From Catajapyx aquilonaris (taxonomy: Eukaryota), in NCBI GenBank assembly GCA_000934665.2, contig KZ538463.1:1-64000 (forward strand): a DNA stretch of 64,000 nucleotides. The letters are read 5' to 3'. Every line of letters begins with the position of its first letter. Position 1 is the stretch's first letter. Both the position numbers and the translations under genes were made by a program. Positions 50,201 through 63,600 of the stretch are shown in pieces. The notes beneath the pieces were generated by a model. That model did not search any database. It saw only the letters and a list, made by a program, of their open reading frames with translations, and had not been told where the DNA came from.

Positions 50201-53200
50201 TGGTTACCAGGCGACATAGGAGATTGTCTGTTGTTACCAGGATTTTGCGCAGGTGTCAGCGACAGGGTGGTGTTGGCAAGGCGGTAGCTGTCATTGCGGC
50301 GGAGGGTGTTTGACAGAGGTGATGTCGGTGACTTTGGACTTATGGGGTCTTGCATGTTCACGTATGCGCCTGGTCTCTGCTCAACCCTAGGTGACATGGG
50401 GCCAGGTGATGCGGCAACAATCATCCTGTTTGTGTCTGGGCTCTTCTGGTTCCACACAGGTGCCGTGAAAGGTGGTAGTGACTTTGGAGGTGTCAGGCGT
50501 GGTTGCACCGGTTTATTAGTGGTTGGTACAGGTCGGATGAATGACTTGGTTGCTCTGGGTGGAACCGGACTTGGTGGTATTTCCCTTACGTTAGGACCTG
50601 GCTCAAAACTGGATGGCGCTCTGGTTTGAGGTGGCTCGGAGCTGAATATTACCCTGCCTTCAGGGTCCAGCCTGACCCTAGCACCTCTTCGGCGACGTTC
50701 AAGGGAGCTGCCAGGACTGCTGATCTGGCTATGTGGCGAAGAGCTCCGTTCTGACCCTTTGACATCCTGGTCCGAAGTCCCACTGTCAGGGCTGCCCAGC
50801 AGTGCATTGGCCTTAACGAACGATATCTTTCCCTGCGAAGTGAGCCTTGGCAGCTGCTGCAGTGTTACATACTCCGGAGTCCTGATCTTGGGTGGAGGCT
50901 CCACCTTCGGCTTCATCTGCAGCCTCTTCAGGTCATCCATCGTAATGTAGTTGGTCTCACGCTTCGGTGGTTGGGCACCAACCGGGCTCTTCCTGATCAA
51001 ATGGCTAATACTGTCCAGAGTCACATACGCACTGGGTCCGTACACCTCCTTGGTAGCAGCTTCCTTGCTGCTGTCACTGCCCCGGACACTCTCATCATCA
51101 CTGGGTGGCGGCGTGACAACACACAGCGACGGGATATGGCTAGCGTTGATGGTGGTCTTAACCCGCAGTCTCTCTTGCCTCTCCAATCCCTCCAGATCCG
51201 ACTCAGAGTAGTCACCCTCAGGACTCGGCATCTGCAAGTAACCCAGCAATGAGCGTGACAATCAAGGAAAACACAGCGCGCACACACTCTGACATTTGCA
51301 CCCCAACACCCATTCGCAACGCCCCATAAAATGCAAGAATGGTTAAGTAGGCATGAAATTGTTTACCCCCACCAATTTGTTTGACGTGAAGCTTATTGCT
51401 GAGGTAAACAATTAGTTTCTTCGCACAGGAATCATCCCGTTGGTATGACAACCCCGTTGCTATGGACACAACGTTTCTACGGTAACTCAATTGCCATGGT
51501 AATCTGTTGCCACGATAACCCCGTTGCTATGGCAGAATGGGGCGGTAGGTGGGACATACCGACAAACTTTCCCCTTTATATACGTAGCCTACATATAAGA
51601 TTAAAGATTAATGTCTTCTTCACATATCAAACGCACTTGTGTGTCCCTGGGGCTTGTTGGCTCCATCGGAGAACTGGAGGTCTCTCTTCCGCTGTCTCCA
51701 TCCCTGCCGTCGGTGGCGTCACCGGAGTCGGTGCTGTTGGCACCGGCTTCGATGACGGTAATGATGCTGTCCCTGTTCTTCCGCCTCTCCAGGGAGCTGG
51801 TCCTTGGAGGAGGTGCCGGAGGAGGTGCCTTATTGGACTCCTGCTGGTCCAGATGAAGATCCTCTCTTAGAACCACGGTGCCAGCAGAGCTGGTGGTGGT
51901 ACTGGTACTGCCGTGTCCGTACAGCTCGTACTCGTTCTCAGCCGTCAAAGCACGGTTGCTCCCCTTATTCTCCTGCAAGAAAACAGAATTAGGCGATGGA
52001 AGTATCATACCCAGTATTTTTTAAGCACACCAACCATTTTCCCCATACCTCAAACAATGGCTCTCCAGTGAAAAAAAAAAAAAGCTTTATTCTCCAGCTA
52101 GGTAACAAAATGAATCAGTCTGCACGCAATGCTCTCATCTCCCTCCCCACATTTTGATAATTGAGCATTATAGAGTGATAGGAATGGGGGGAACGAACGC
52201 ACATTTCGTGTCTAGTCGGTTCAAGTGAAGGCAGCAGCAGAGAGGCCCCCCCACCAACAGTCGACAAGAGATAACAACGTAGAAATTCGATTAGAGTTTC
52301 CATAATAGCGTCGGAGGTAGGGGAGGGATTTTGTATTGCTCTGCAACCAAAATGGGGTGCACGTTGCTGCTTCGAAAGTGTATCGAAAATATAGTCGCGA
52401 AAATGAGTAAGGTAGCAGACCTGAAGTTTCAATGAGTAAGGTAGCAGACCTGAGCCTCCAAGAGTGGGGTAGATCGCCTCTCTTGGAGGCTAATTTAAGC
52501 TACAGGTCTGCTACCTTACTCATCTGTGTCGCACAGTTTCAACAATTTGCCATGCTATAATTATTGTTAGGTTTAATAATGCGAGTTGGTAGATGAATGA
52601 TATCGTGCAGCTCTTTCCAGTTGTGTTGTCAGAATGATCAGTGCTGATGGCCATTAGTGGCCGTACATTTGTAAAAACAGACTGTCACTCGGAGGCATAC
52701 AGTGTGTGGATTTAACAAGGGAGGGATTTACCATTTACATGGGAGGGTTTTCCACGCGTCAGTAGCCTATAGTGCGTTTGCAATCGATTTTTTTTCTTCA
52801 AACATTCAAGCTCTTGATTCAATTGAAACTATCAGCCGCGGATATCTGCACCACCCTGTACATAGTCAACAACCTTGGCTTGTAAAAACCCGGTCCTAAA
52901 AACGGCTGCCTAACTAATACTTGTCGAAAAACACCGTCGAGGTTTTTACGACCCAACAAAAAAAAAAATCCGGCACCAATTTTTACGTCCTATCCATTCA
53001 TATAGTGTTGCGAAAGCGACAGTGAGCCGTCGGGAAGTCCAGGGGAAAAGGCGCAATAACGACCCGAGAGCGTGAACCCTCCGGACGGGTCAACGGCCCC
53101 CCATTTTCTATACGTACAGCACAGTACAACACTGCGCTGCTAACATCTGCAGGGGGCAAACGCGATCGAGACGCGATCGAGATGCGGTCAAACCGGTCCG

Positions 53201-56200
53201 ACAACGTCTGACTTGCAGTCTGGAAGCGCGGACGCGACTCATTTCGCAGGCCGTACATCTAAGCGCGTCTCGACCGCGTCTCAGCCGCGTTTCGACCGCG
53301 TCCGAGCCGCGTCCAGTGTAACTACACCGACAGACGCGGCTCCCACATCCCATACGACCAAGTGTCGTCGCTCAGCGTTTCGACCGCGTCTCAGCCGCGT
53401 TCTCAACACGTCTCGAACGCGTCTCGACCACGTTCCCAACGTCTCAACCGCGTTTCGACCGCGCTTGGGCCTCCAGTGTAACTGCACCGCTAGACGCGAC
53501 TCACACGTCCCATACGGCATAGTGTCGTCACTGAAACAGCGTTTCGATCGAGTCTGAGCCGCGTTTCGACCGCATCTCACGTAACTTCACCGGTAGACGC
53601 GATCGACTCACACGTCCCTTATACGACCAAGTGTCGTAAAAACAGCGTTTCGACAGCGTCCAGGTCGCTTTAAGAACACATCTCGACCACGTTCCGACCG
53701 CGTCTAGTGTAACTTCACATGTAGACGCGACTTACACATCCCACACGGCCAAGTGTCGTCACTGAAACATAGCGTTTCGATCGCGCTTCGACCACGTTTC
53801 GATCGCGTTTCGACCGCGTCTGGTGTAACCACCGGTACACGCGACTTACACGTCCCATACGGCCATGTCGTCACTGAAACAGCGTTTCGGTCGCGTTTCG
53901 ATCGCGTTTCGACCGCGTCTAGTGTAACTTCACATAGACGCGACTTATTACACGACTTACACGTCCCATACGGCCAAGTGTCGTCACTGAAATGGCGTTT
54001 CGACCGCGTCTCGACCGCGTCTCTGCCCTATAGTACAACTGACCTGCACGTCGTCCTTGAGCGTCCTGATCCCGCTGTCGATATGGAAGGATGTGTAGTA
54101 CCCCTCCGTGTCGCACGAGTATGCTGAGCTGGTCTCGTCGTCCACAAAAGGTATGTCCTGCAGTTCGGGCGTCAGCGTACCTTCTCCCTCGCTGGTCTGC
54201 GAGGAGAAGGAGCTGTCGTGTGGTGGTCCGATAGGCTGGGAGTGCGACGACGAAGAGGTCGAGGCCGGATGCGGTCCCGTCCCTTCAGACACGGCCGAGT
54301 CCTGGTCCGATCCGGATCCGGCCTGTTCGGCCTTGTGTCTCTGCAGCGGTTCGGACTCCAGCGAGGCTCTTGCGCTGGAACTGGCGCTCCAGTTCCCGGA
54401 GGATGATCTGGCTGCTTCGTCCGTGGTCCTCTCCTCTCGCAGCTTGACTGCCACGTGCAGGGCGCTGGTGGCAGACGAAGAGCAGGAGGACGACGGGCGC
54501 AGGCGTCTGGCGCCGGCGCCTCTGTCCGGTATCGCCTCGTACAGGTTCTCCCTCACTGGGCTGGGCTCTCGGTGGACGTCAACCTGGACTGGGACAGAGG
54601 GCAGGTTGGCTCGCTTGGGCTTCGGGTCTCGTCGGGTATGGATCACCAGGCAGCCTCCGCTCCATGTCGATGAGGACGTTGGTCTCCTCTGCTGCTCCAC
54701 GTCCGAGCTTATCGCCTCTATCTCGCTGTGGAATGCACAGAATAACATATATGCAATCCCTCTGTGTGTGTTTTTAGGGGGGCGATATCCCTCGGAATAA
54801 ACATTGGGTGTCAATATATAGGATTTGAAGCCGCAGGGTGACACTTATCATCAAAAAATTATCCGCCAAGGTCAAGTCTACAGGCGGATGTCCTTGGGTT
54901 CCTCTGTGCCGTTGTTGTCCAATTTTAAATTACCTTGGCAATTAGAAAAAAAAGTCTACTCGAATCACGCCAATTTGCCAATCTTGGTTTAACCTTTAAC
55001 ACTTTAAAAAATTAGCATGAATCACAACTCTTAACATTAAATATCGTGAAATGGTTTGAAAAGTTGCGACATGATCATTGCGAAACTTCAGGAAAAAAAG
55101 CAAGATATCATAAAACCTTGCTTACTCCTCCCACTCTGCAACTTTATGGCGGACCATTAATAAGTAGTTTAATGGGAAAAGCTAAGAGCAGCAGGTCTTA
55201 CTTTTTTATGAGCTGCACTTTGGAGACTGCGACATTTTTTTTGCAGAGGTAATCATAAGGAGGAATTTCGTCACAGTCTTCTAGTGACACATGTAGCACC
55301 TTACGTGTGTAAATTAGACCACTAGGCCAACGATGTTCTGCTGAAGTCACGCTAAAATGTTAGTAGGCCCATGCTCTATTTTTTTGTGCACAAAAAGCGC
55401 CTACTTCACGGCTCTCACTTTTGCTATTCAACTACCCTTGAAGGCTACTAACGTTTAATTTCCTACTATCAAAAGTGGAGCATATTCGCTCTCGAAAACT
55501 TCTTGAAAAAATATTTCATTTTGATAACGACCTCCCCAACATCGCAAAAGTGAAGCGTACTCTTGTCCTTTTCACTCAAATGATATGATGAAGACTGGCA
55601 GCCCATTGGGCTTAAAAGAGCGGGTTTTTAATATTATGATCCAACGTGAAAGATTATCTCCAAAACCGTCTGATTACACTGGATTACACTTTACCGCGCA
55701 ACCCCAAAGATTACATGCTCATGCTTCAAGCCACAAATATCTAATCCCATGTTGTTTGAGAGTGAATAATAATAGGCAGTCTCCCCCTTATCTAAAAAAA
55801 AACTCGTTCCACCGCCTTTATATGCCGACAAAAATGAGTAACAAAGATCCTCACATGGTTGCGTTTAATCCTGATTGAAATCCTCTTATTAGAATCAGAA
55901 CAGCTGTGCTTTTCGCAGATTATAGTTTGTAAAAAAAAAAAATTGGGAGGGGGTAATATGACAACATGGCACTTTTGTGGCGCTTCATTTCAAAACACTC
56001 CCTCTTGAAGCGCTTTTAAATTGTGTCATGTAACTTTGACGTACCTGTTGGCTTCCTGTTGCCTGAGTGCTCTTTGGATCTCCTTAGAGTCGGTTCCAGT
56101 GATGGTGTTCCTCCTTCTGCTTTTGCCCTTCTTGCGCCTCTTCTTGTCCTCTACGTAGTCAAAGTGGAGGAGAGAGCGGCGGAAGCGGGTCATTCTCTCG

Positions 56201-59200
56201 AAGCGACGTCCTGTGACGTCTACTGTCACCAACTCTGGAGGAAACCGGATGACCATTGCTGCTGTCTTTTCATCTGGTGATGGTAGCTTGTGGAGACTCT
56301 CCTTTTCGGTTAGGGTCGGGGTCAATCCGTGGTCAACCGGGCTGGTCGGGGGCAGAGGTCGAATGGACACCAATTCCTCCTCGGTCCAATTACGGAGGTG
56401 GATCAGACTTGACGGCTGTGAAAATAGGGGACCAATTGTTATTTATGACTTTTGATAAAATAAAAAAAGGTGTCCATGAGTTGATCAAATGATTTGTGTC
56501 CCACTTCCCGCCAATTATTGTTGGAACCCGCGCGCACAGATTTCAAGGTCAAACCGGGGTCAACACGTGGACCGGAAATTTTCTGAGGCTGAACAAAGGC
56601 GACAAATGTTATATTATTCGTTTATTATTCACAGCAGTTGGTCGTTTAGAGCCGGTTGCACCATGAACAATAATTTTTTTTCCCCGGTTGGAAACTGACA
56701 TGAATATTAATAACTGCAATAATTGCACAACAATATGACGCCAAAAATCACACGTTAATTTTTCCACCTAAAAGCAAATTAAATATTCATAAAAGTGTGT
56801 CGAACCAAGTCGCGTATTGTTGCAAACCGCTGTATAATTCCCATTCTCTATACATTTTCTTCTTTGACTTTTTCCCAGCCGCCCTCGACTCATTTGCTTT
56901 TCATGAGTTCTTGGAAAGAATGGTCTTCATTTCAAAAAAAAATTGCACGAGGGGGGTGTTTCTTGAAGCATCAGAATGAGTTCGAATGATGGGGAAGGCT
57001 GGTAGGTCCCCGTATAATTTTCCGCATGCCTCGCAACATTTTCTTGGCACTCGACGAATCTCAGTTTGAACGTCTCTCGAACACTGCCATATGAAGATTA
57101 ATGGTCCCCAGCAGCCCTAGAGAGGACCCCCAAAATGGCACGATGTCAACCACCCCTATAGTTAAGGGAACAAAAATGCAGATCGAAGCCACATTATTTA
57201 ATAATATATTATTGTAAATATTACGTTACGTTCGGGGGGAAAAAAATCTAATCTTCAATTAAGCTAAGTGCCAGCTTTTCTGCTGGGGTCGTTGTTTGTC
57301 GTTGGGTCACAACTTGTGGGATTAACTGTCGCAGTTTGTTCGTTTTTTTTAACCCAGCCAGAGAACATGCTTACAAAGTGGAAGTTGAATTACGATGTCA
57401 GATTGAGTCGAAATTTTCGTGCACTTGCTCGGAATCCCCATGATTACACGAAGCCCGTATATTTCCCATCCAAAATGGTACCTGTCCAAACCCCCAAAAA
57501 AGTGGTTTCCTCCGAATTATTTTTTCGGATTAAAGTATGTGCAATTGGGGAATTCCGATAGCTATATTCCTTTTTTTAAACGAAAAATCTATGTAATCAA
57601 CAATGATCGTGCAACTGACTTATCTGGAACCAACCCAACGTCCTACATAATTATTTGGGGGGAGAGCACATACATCACAGTTTAAATGAATTTGCCTCTC
57701 GTAAACAACTCTAGAAATAACTCTTGAAAATTAGGTAAAGAAATACCAGAAGTCGGCCACATATCGATTCTGGCTACGCACGTGGAAAGGAAAATACCTT
57801 TGCAAGCCGCACAAATTTCAAGTATTTCCACCGGTATCTCTGTCGTACCTGCACTACTATCTAATCTAGTATTTTGTCCTAACCCGGATTTTGATATATC
57901 ACAGGCAAGCCTCCATTACGAGGCACACCCGTGAAAAATGGTAACCAGAGAGCAGTACACGCCCGACCCAAAATAATGTACGAGGCCATTGTAGTCCAAA
58001 TGCCCCTTTCGGCAGACCCAAGAAGCAATCCCAGGAGGACAATGCTTCCTTGTCCATTCTCGAGTGGTGCCAGCATCATCCCTGCTACGTACTTCATCAA
58101 GGGCAGTTTGTTTGTCCCCGAGAGCATCATCCCAGGTCGGGTTAGGGCAGTGACCCTCCAGATAATTTCAAAGAGACAGCAGCTGGGGCGCGTGGTCGAG
58201 AGAATACCTTCCAAGTTGCACCTGGTTTTCCTATTATTGTTGTTCCCTTGGTGTCTCTCTAGGGTATTCTATGCAATGGGAGTGAGGTGATACCCTAGAG
58301 AAACGTTGTGCACACAAATCGATGTTTGTTTAGAGAAGATGTCTCCACTTGTAATTGAGCGATTTTGGAAGGAAGACGAGAGCTTCAGTCAGATGCCAGG
58401 TTTAACTTGGATCCGGTTTTATGCAGAAAGCTGGTTTGAGAGGTTAAGAAAAGGCAATGATATGCACACAAAAAAATCGTCTACAGTTGTACGAAAGAAA
58501 ATTAGCGAAAAGCTGCCAGTACATAATCAGTACACACTCATGAGAAACATAATGTACAGTACAATCATCAATGTGCATTACATTTATTTTCGCCTCAATT
58601 TGCGTTTTGTACAATGCCGGACAAGCAACATGCAGTTATGCCGTTTTTTATGCTAATTGAGCCTGAAAAGTTCCCCTAATCACGATTTGTATTATAATTT
58701 CTTGCGTTTTGTAACTTGCAACCATTTATTTCTTAGCCACTTCCTCCCACATTTCCGGTGCAATGACCTGTAATTGGACGCATGATCTTGTTAAAGCATT
58801 ATGCAGCGTGGACTTATTCATACCGCTTTTTACTGGAGTTGTTGAAGTTTTTTTAAATGCAACGTACACACTTACGGTCTATAAATGTAATTAAATAATA
58901 AAAATAAATTACATAATAAATGTGGGTCCTGTTTGAAACCCATTATTTCCCTAACTATATCCTTCGGAAACTAACACCTGCACACTGCTACACAGGAACT
59001 TCCCGATAACACCTGTCTATGTATATAGGCCAGTGTACAATATATTTTTTTTTGTATGTGATATGCACACTTCCATCATAAATACCTTAACACGTCAGTT
59101 CAGGATGACCAGCTAAGCGCATAACTCATTTCGGCACAATGTGAAAACCCTCCCTGGTTTATTCAGCTGCGAAATTAGTTTGCAAGCCTCCCTTGTACAG

Positions 59201-60632
59201 TTACCTTAATTGCTCATGTAAATCACAGCTAACTGGGTTGGACAAAATGACAGATAAGCCAGGCTAAATTTTTCAAAAAAAAAATATTGTCACACGTTCA
59301 GATCGACATGTAGGAACATTTTCATGTATGACAGGCCAATAGGTTATATGTAATATTATAAAAATATTACAACATATTGGCTTATATCTCTGGAGCTAAC
59401 GCATTCTGTTTGTCCTGAAATTTGTAATTTTCTTTTCCAAGCCCTAAGTTTGGGGGCCCAAAGTTTTACATCCCGATTTTAATGATCAATTTAAGAGAAA
59501 TGACTTTGGGTTCGCGTGACGTGTCTCGTGATCGATGGAATTAGGAAAAGGGCTGAAAGTTTCCCACCTTCCATCCCCCCCCCCCAAAAAAAAATATTTT
59601 TTAAGGTAAAATAAGGGGGGTCTTTGACCTGACCGTCCGCCTTCATGGAAGCCAATTGGAGACCAGGCACGATGCAGAGCGTGAAGAACAAACGGAGCAC
59701 AATGATAGGCGGGGAATCCAACCTTCCAATCGTGGTAATTTCCTCTCCCAGATCAAGCCTCCGCAAAAGTTTTAACCCTCTAAACTGGGCCTATTTTTGG
59801 AAAAAAAAACCCTCATGAAGAGCCGCCCTTGTATGGGTGTATTCTTGTCTTGCTTTCTAGCCACTATATATCCATTAAGACTGGAGGCTCTTGAAATCTC
59901 ATCCAACGAACAAAAAAAAACCCACCCAGAAGGCTCTTAGGAGAAACATAATTCTGCGAAGCTTCAACAAAAGCTAGAGTAAAAGCTTGAAGGCTTTCCG
60001 TCGGATGTCACGCGCTAACTTGCTAAATGGGGGTGTCGTAAAATATACGCTATAGAATCCGGGCGATTTTCTGGTACGTGCGACATGCGATCGCACGCGC
60101 TATCCGGAAGCGATATTTCTCGAATAATTAGTTTAATAGGGACTAATATTCCCACCCTTTGTGAAGGTACAGCCTCGCACGGTTGCCGTTATGTTGCAAT
60201 TATGCCCCCCCCCCCCCGACTGTCTATGTAGATGGCGCAAGTTGCCACAAGGTGACAGTGGTTCCATCCCCACGTTGGGCGCCATTGTCACAATGTGACA
60301 GTGGTTCCAGCCCCACGTTGGGCGCCATTGTCACGTACTGCGTGAAACACTCACCCTCCTGGTCTCAATGTCGAGATTGAGGTTGGCTTTCCTTCTCTTG
60401 GTGTTGTCTCCGATTACAGGCACGCAAAGGAATAGCGTGGAGCACGCTATGCCGTCTTCCCTGTATCGGTCCAGTTGGTTCATGAGGTCCAAGGGTGGTC
60501 CTGAGGTGGCTTGTGCGTAGAGTCGCCGGACGTGGGCTGGTCTGTTAGCAGGAGACAAGATCTGGTCCTCAAACACGTGCTGGATGTGGAAGTGCTCTTT
60601 CACCTCGCTGAACCTCGTCAGGTCTCCAGCGG
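47244..60632 (-). CDS. gukh: NHS-family/GUK-holder-like WAVE-homology-domain actin regulator, 5'-partial. Exons 60632-60355, 56415-56045, 54725-54044, 51972-51637, 51231-49986, 48703(or 48709)-47244
   Basis: WHD-like segment (EDQILSPANRPAHVRRLY...PPLDLMNQLDRYREDG), NHS-type block LPSPDEK...VTVDVTGRRFERMTRFRRSL...RRRNTITG, SSAYSCDTEGYYTSFHIDSG, and a C-terminal class I PDZ-binding-type ETSL. Splice phases are consistent. I did not find the start exon(s) in the window. Confidence 0.82.
51439..51536. promoter_or_regulatory. Array of six RFX X-box-like 14-mers at 16-17 bp spacing in a gukh intron
   Basis: GTTGGTATGACAAC, GTTGCTATGGACAC, GTTTCTACGGTAAC, ATTGCCATGGTAAT, GTTGCCACGATAAC, GTTGCTATGGCAGA compared with the X-box palindrome GTTGCCATGGCAAC. 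Confidence 0.6.
52403..52523. repeat. Nested inverted repeat (hairpin/MITE-like) with a duplicated left arm
   Basis: ATGAGTAAGGTAGCAGACCTG at 52403 and 52432; exact reverse complement at 52503-52523; inner AGCCTCCAAGAG/CTCTTGGAGGCT pair at 52453-52464 and 52480-52491. Confidence 0.85.
53151..54029. mobile_element. TIR-bounded non-autonomous element with an internal CpG-rich composite tandem array
   Basis: Left end AGGGGGCAAACGCGATCGAGACGCGATCGA resembles the reverse complement of the right end (AGGGCAGAGACGCGGTCGAGACGCGGTCGA); ~6 internal units made of a conserved core plus a variable number of 11-bp CGCGTTTCGAC repeats. Confidence 0.72.
60252..60334. repeat. 40-bp direct duplication, each unit bounded by GTGACA/TGTCAC inverted ends
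   Basis: GTGACAGTGGTTCCA(T/G)CCCCACGTTGGGCGCCATTGTCAC at 60252 and 60295. Confidence 0.85.
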
Positions 60633-63600
60633 CTGTGAAAATTAAGAAGAAGAAAGTCAAGGGGGCTGCCCTAATTAGAATTAGACAGGGTGAGTCAGCA
60701 CGTGCTAACAATTATTTATTTATGCCAGAATTACTCAATCTTCGTCCCCCCTATCCATGGGTGTCTGAGGGATTTCATACCACCCAGGCTGTTCCCTAAT
60801 TCACCCTCTAGATAGCATACAACGACGGCACCCTAGAGGCTTCCCCTACCCCCCAAAAAAGTGCGTCGCGTGCTTGGCACATTTTGGGGAAGAATACCCC
60901 CCATCATATAGCCCTGGACACACGTCCAAGAATGATGAGAATTCATTCAACGCCTCTCCATTTCATTTTCCTAGAACCCGGACAATTTGACGGAGCCAAC
61001 CACGGGGGGTTCTAATACATATTAATTTCCTGTGGGGGGAACCAACCGAACACTTTAATTAAATGTCAGCCCCCCTATTTTTTTCCGGAGCACAAATGTT
61101 ACACAGCATGTAATGACAGTGTTTATAGGAATTGGTAATAAGATCAGCAATTACCCAGCTGACACATTGAAAGGCTACACGTCGCCCACACGTCCTGAGA
61201 TTAACCGTAAAGACGACTCCGCCCCTGACACAACCGTGGGCGTCGACCATTTTTCTGGGCAAGGTGACTCACACAAGTGGGCAATACAAACTAGTCAAGT
61301 GTGGAATCAATGAGGAAAAAAAGTCCATGTTTCAAGGGCAAGTAATTCGAAATGGTATGAGTCGGAACTGATCCGAGTTATGGTCCATAAGGAGAAACAA
61401 ATGATCGTGAAAACCGCGCAGTGTTGATGCTGAAAGTAGTTCTCGAACTTCACTGCTCTTTTTATTAGTAACGTGATCAAACCCTCGAATCTTCCTTCAT
61501 CCACGGTCTGCTTGCTTGCTTGTGCCTGCCTGCCTGCCTGCCCGAAGAAAGGAATCCGAGGCGTCTTCATGGCTTTGGCACCATTGTGCCAGAACTTTCG
61601 CTTGTCGTGAGCAGGAATTACCTTTCTGCTCACTTGAAAGGAAAGGCAGAAAAAGACAAGCAACGGAGGAAAAGGGAAAGCCCGGAATGTCGCTGTTGGC
61701 TGGAAACCATCCAACGACGATAGACCTACAGCTCCCAGATAAGAGGCAGTCTCCTATAATAATTCATATAAGGCTTAAAAGGAGCCGTACCATTTGGTAC
61801 CGATATCTAGGGTGTAAAGTTGCCATTGTGGTAGATCTGATCTTGCCATTTATACTGGTGCACTTTCTATTTACGAGGAGGCTGTACCGACAACAGATTT
61901 CCCTCGGGGACAACAGTGGCTCCCTGCTCATCTTTGAAACAATCCATAACTGGTTTTTGGTCCTTTAATAATTCAAAATCCGCAGCTGGCTGAGTGTCTC
62001 CGGATGTGACCATCTATCCGGATCAGCCCTTTCCGGTCGTTTCCTCAATGTTTAGGGTCCGGGTTTACACTCGGAGTTTTTTTTTTCATACGTGCTGGAA
62101 CTTCTTTTCGATGGTGGGCTACCACGCCATATTCTGGAGAAGTTTGGACCTCCAAATGGCTGCCTGGAAGTGCTGCTTGGGATCACAGATCACGTCACTT
62201 CCAAGATTCAAGAAAGTGTCCATTGTTGTTCCCTCCTCTGTGATGGTTTTTTTAAAAAAATAATTCCTCTCAGCCATCTGCTACTATGTACCAACTCGTA
62301 TGTCACATCTTGGCTAACCAATACAATATGGTCCTCTCAGACTCCGGAAGGAACTAGCACCCTCATTTCCAAATTCGGACCAGGAGCTCAAAATACGCCT
62401 AACTGTTAGAGGGGTTAGGGAGAAGAAGCAGCACTCATGTGGCCATGTGTCTGTCGAGAAGGTAATCTTCGGAGGTCAAAATGCATATGTGAAAGATAGT
62501 TGCCAGGTTGCAGTAGCAACTCACAATTTTTTTCCCCCACCAATTTCATCAAAAAAAAAGATGTTGCCTCAGCAAACTTTGCTGGGTTTCCACCTGACCC
62601 AACCACATCTAGACTCCAGGAAAGAAAGCAAAGGAAAAAAAACGGATATTTGTGAAGACTCTTCTTCAGAGGAGTCGCTTTCATGTCCTCCGACTGGATC
62701 CTCTGAGAATTTTAAGCAGGGAAAGAACCCAAGGTTGCCAACGTTCCCTTGACCGATGAAGCGGATTCTTCCAACGCTTCATCTGGCACACTGGAGCATT
62801 CTTGTACCGTTAACGGTACTCTGACTCTGCATGAAATAGGCGAGGTTGACTTTAACAAATGAACAGGTGGAGCATATGAAGTGTGGGAAAACTTGAAAGA
62901 CTTATCCCCCCCAAGGAGATATTCTAAAATAGCAGCTTATGAATAGTTAGCAATACTTGCCCGACTTTGAATTATTTGAAGCAGCTAGCAGCCCATGGAA
63001 TTTCAATAGGGTTCATTTATAGCCCTGACCTGAATGTCTAATCCATATCTTAAGCCTATTGCTATTAACCAGATATGTCTGAATTAATTTTCTTTTACTT
63101 ACCGACGTAGTACCATATCCCTCACATAGATTAGGTACATGAACCTTCGTCCCCCTTCCATATAGAAAGTGTCAATATTCCCAGAAAGGGAAATGAAATA
63201 GCGAGGATGACCGCATCCTGTTTGCTTTTGGCCCCTGCGCCTTTATGAAATTGGCAGCTAACCTTGTTTATTATCAGCTCAGGAGGAGGGGGGGTCATCA
63301 TGGTTTGACAGGATGACGACCCGGAATGTCATCGATTCGGAGGGGGGGCTGCTGTGACCAAAATGAAACGTGCTATCCAAAAGAGGCTGAGGCATTACCA
63401 CCTTTTTCCAAAGAAAAAAAAATATCGGAAGTGGTCGGGCCACATTGACAACAGAGCGGCCCAACTGCATTCCTAAAAAGGAGGGGTGTCCCAAAAGGAA
63501 GTTTTTGGGAGGTGCCCCTCCCTCTGTAAGCTCCTTGAAAATATACAGACAGGAGAAATGGTTTTCTTCACACACAAAAATATGACCCAGGTATTTTCTG

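Noticed and set aside
53151..54029. CRISPR-like appearance (conserved repeats with variable spacing)
   Set aside because: The intervening segments are copies of an 11-bp subrepeat, not unique spacers; there are no cas genes, and the context is a eukaryotic intron.
47467..54800. Plus-strand ORFs of 279 aa (47467-48306) and 230 aa (54108-54800)
   Set aside because: Antisense to gukh exons; their composition mirrors the sense codons.
62092..62409. ILEKFGPP string faintly resembling a non-LTR reverse-transcriptase motif
   Set aside because: Too short, with no other RT motifs nearby; cannot be supported without a search.
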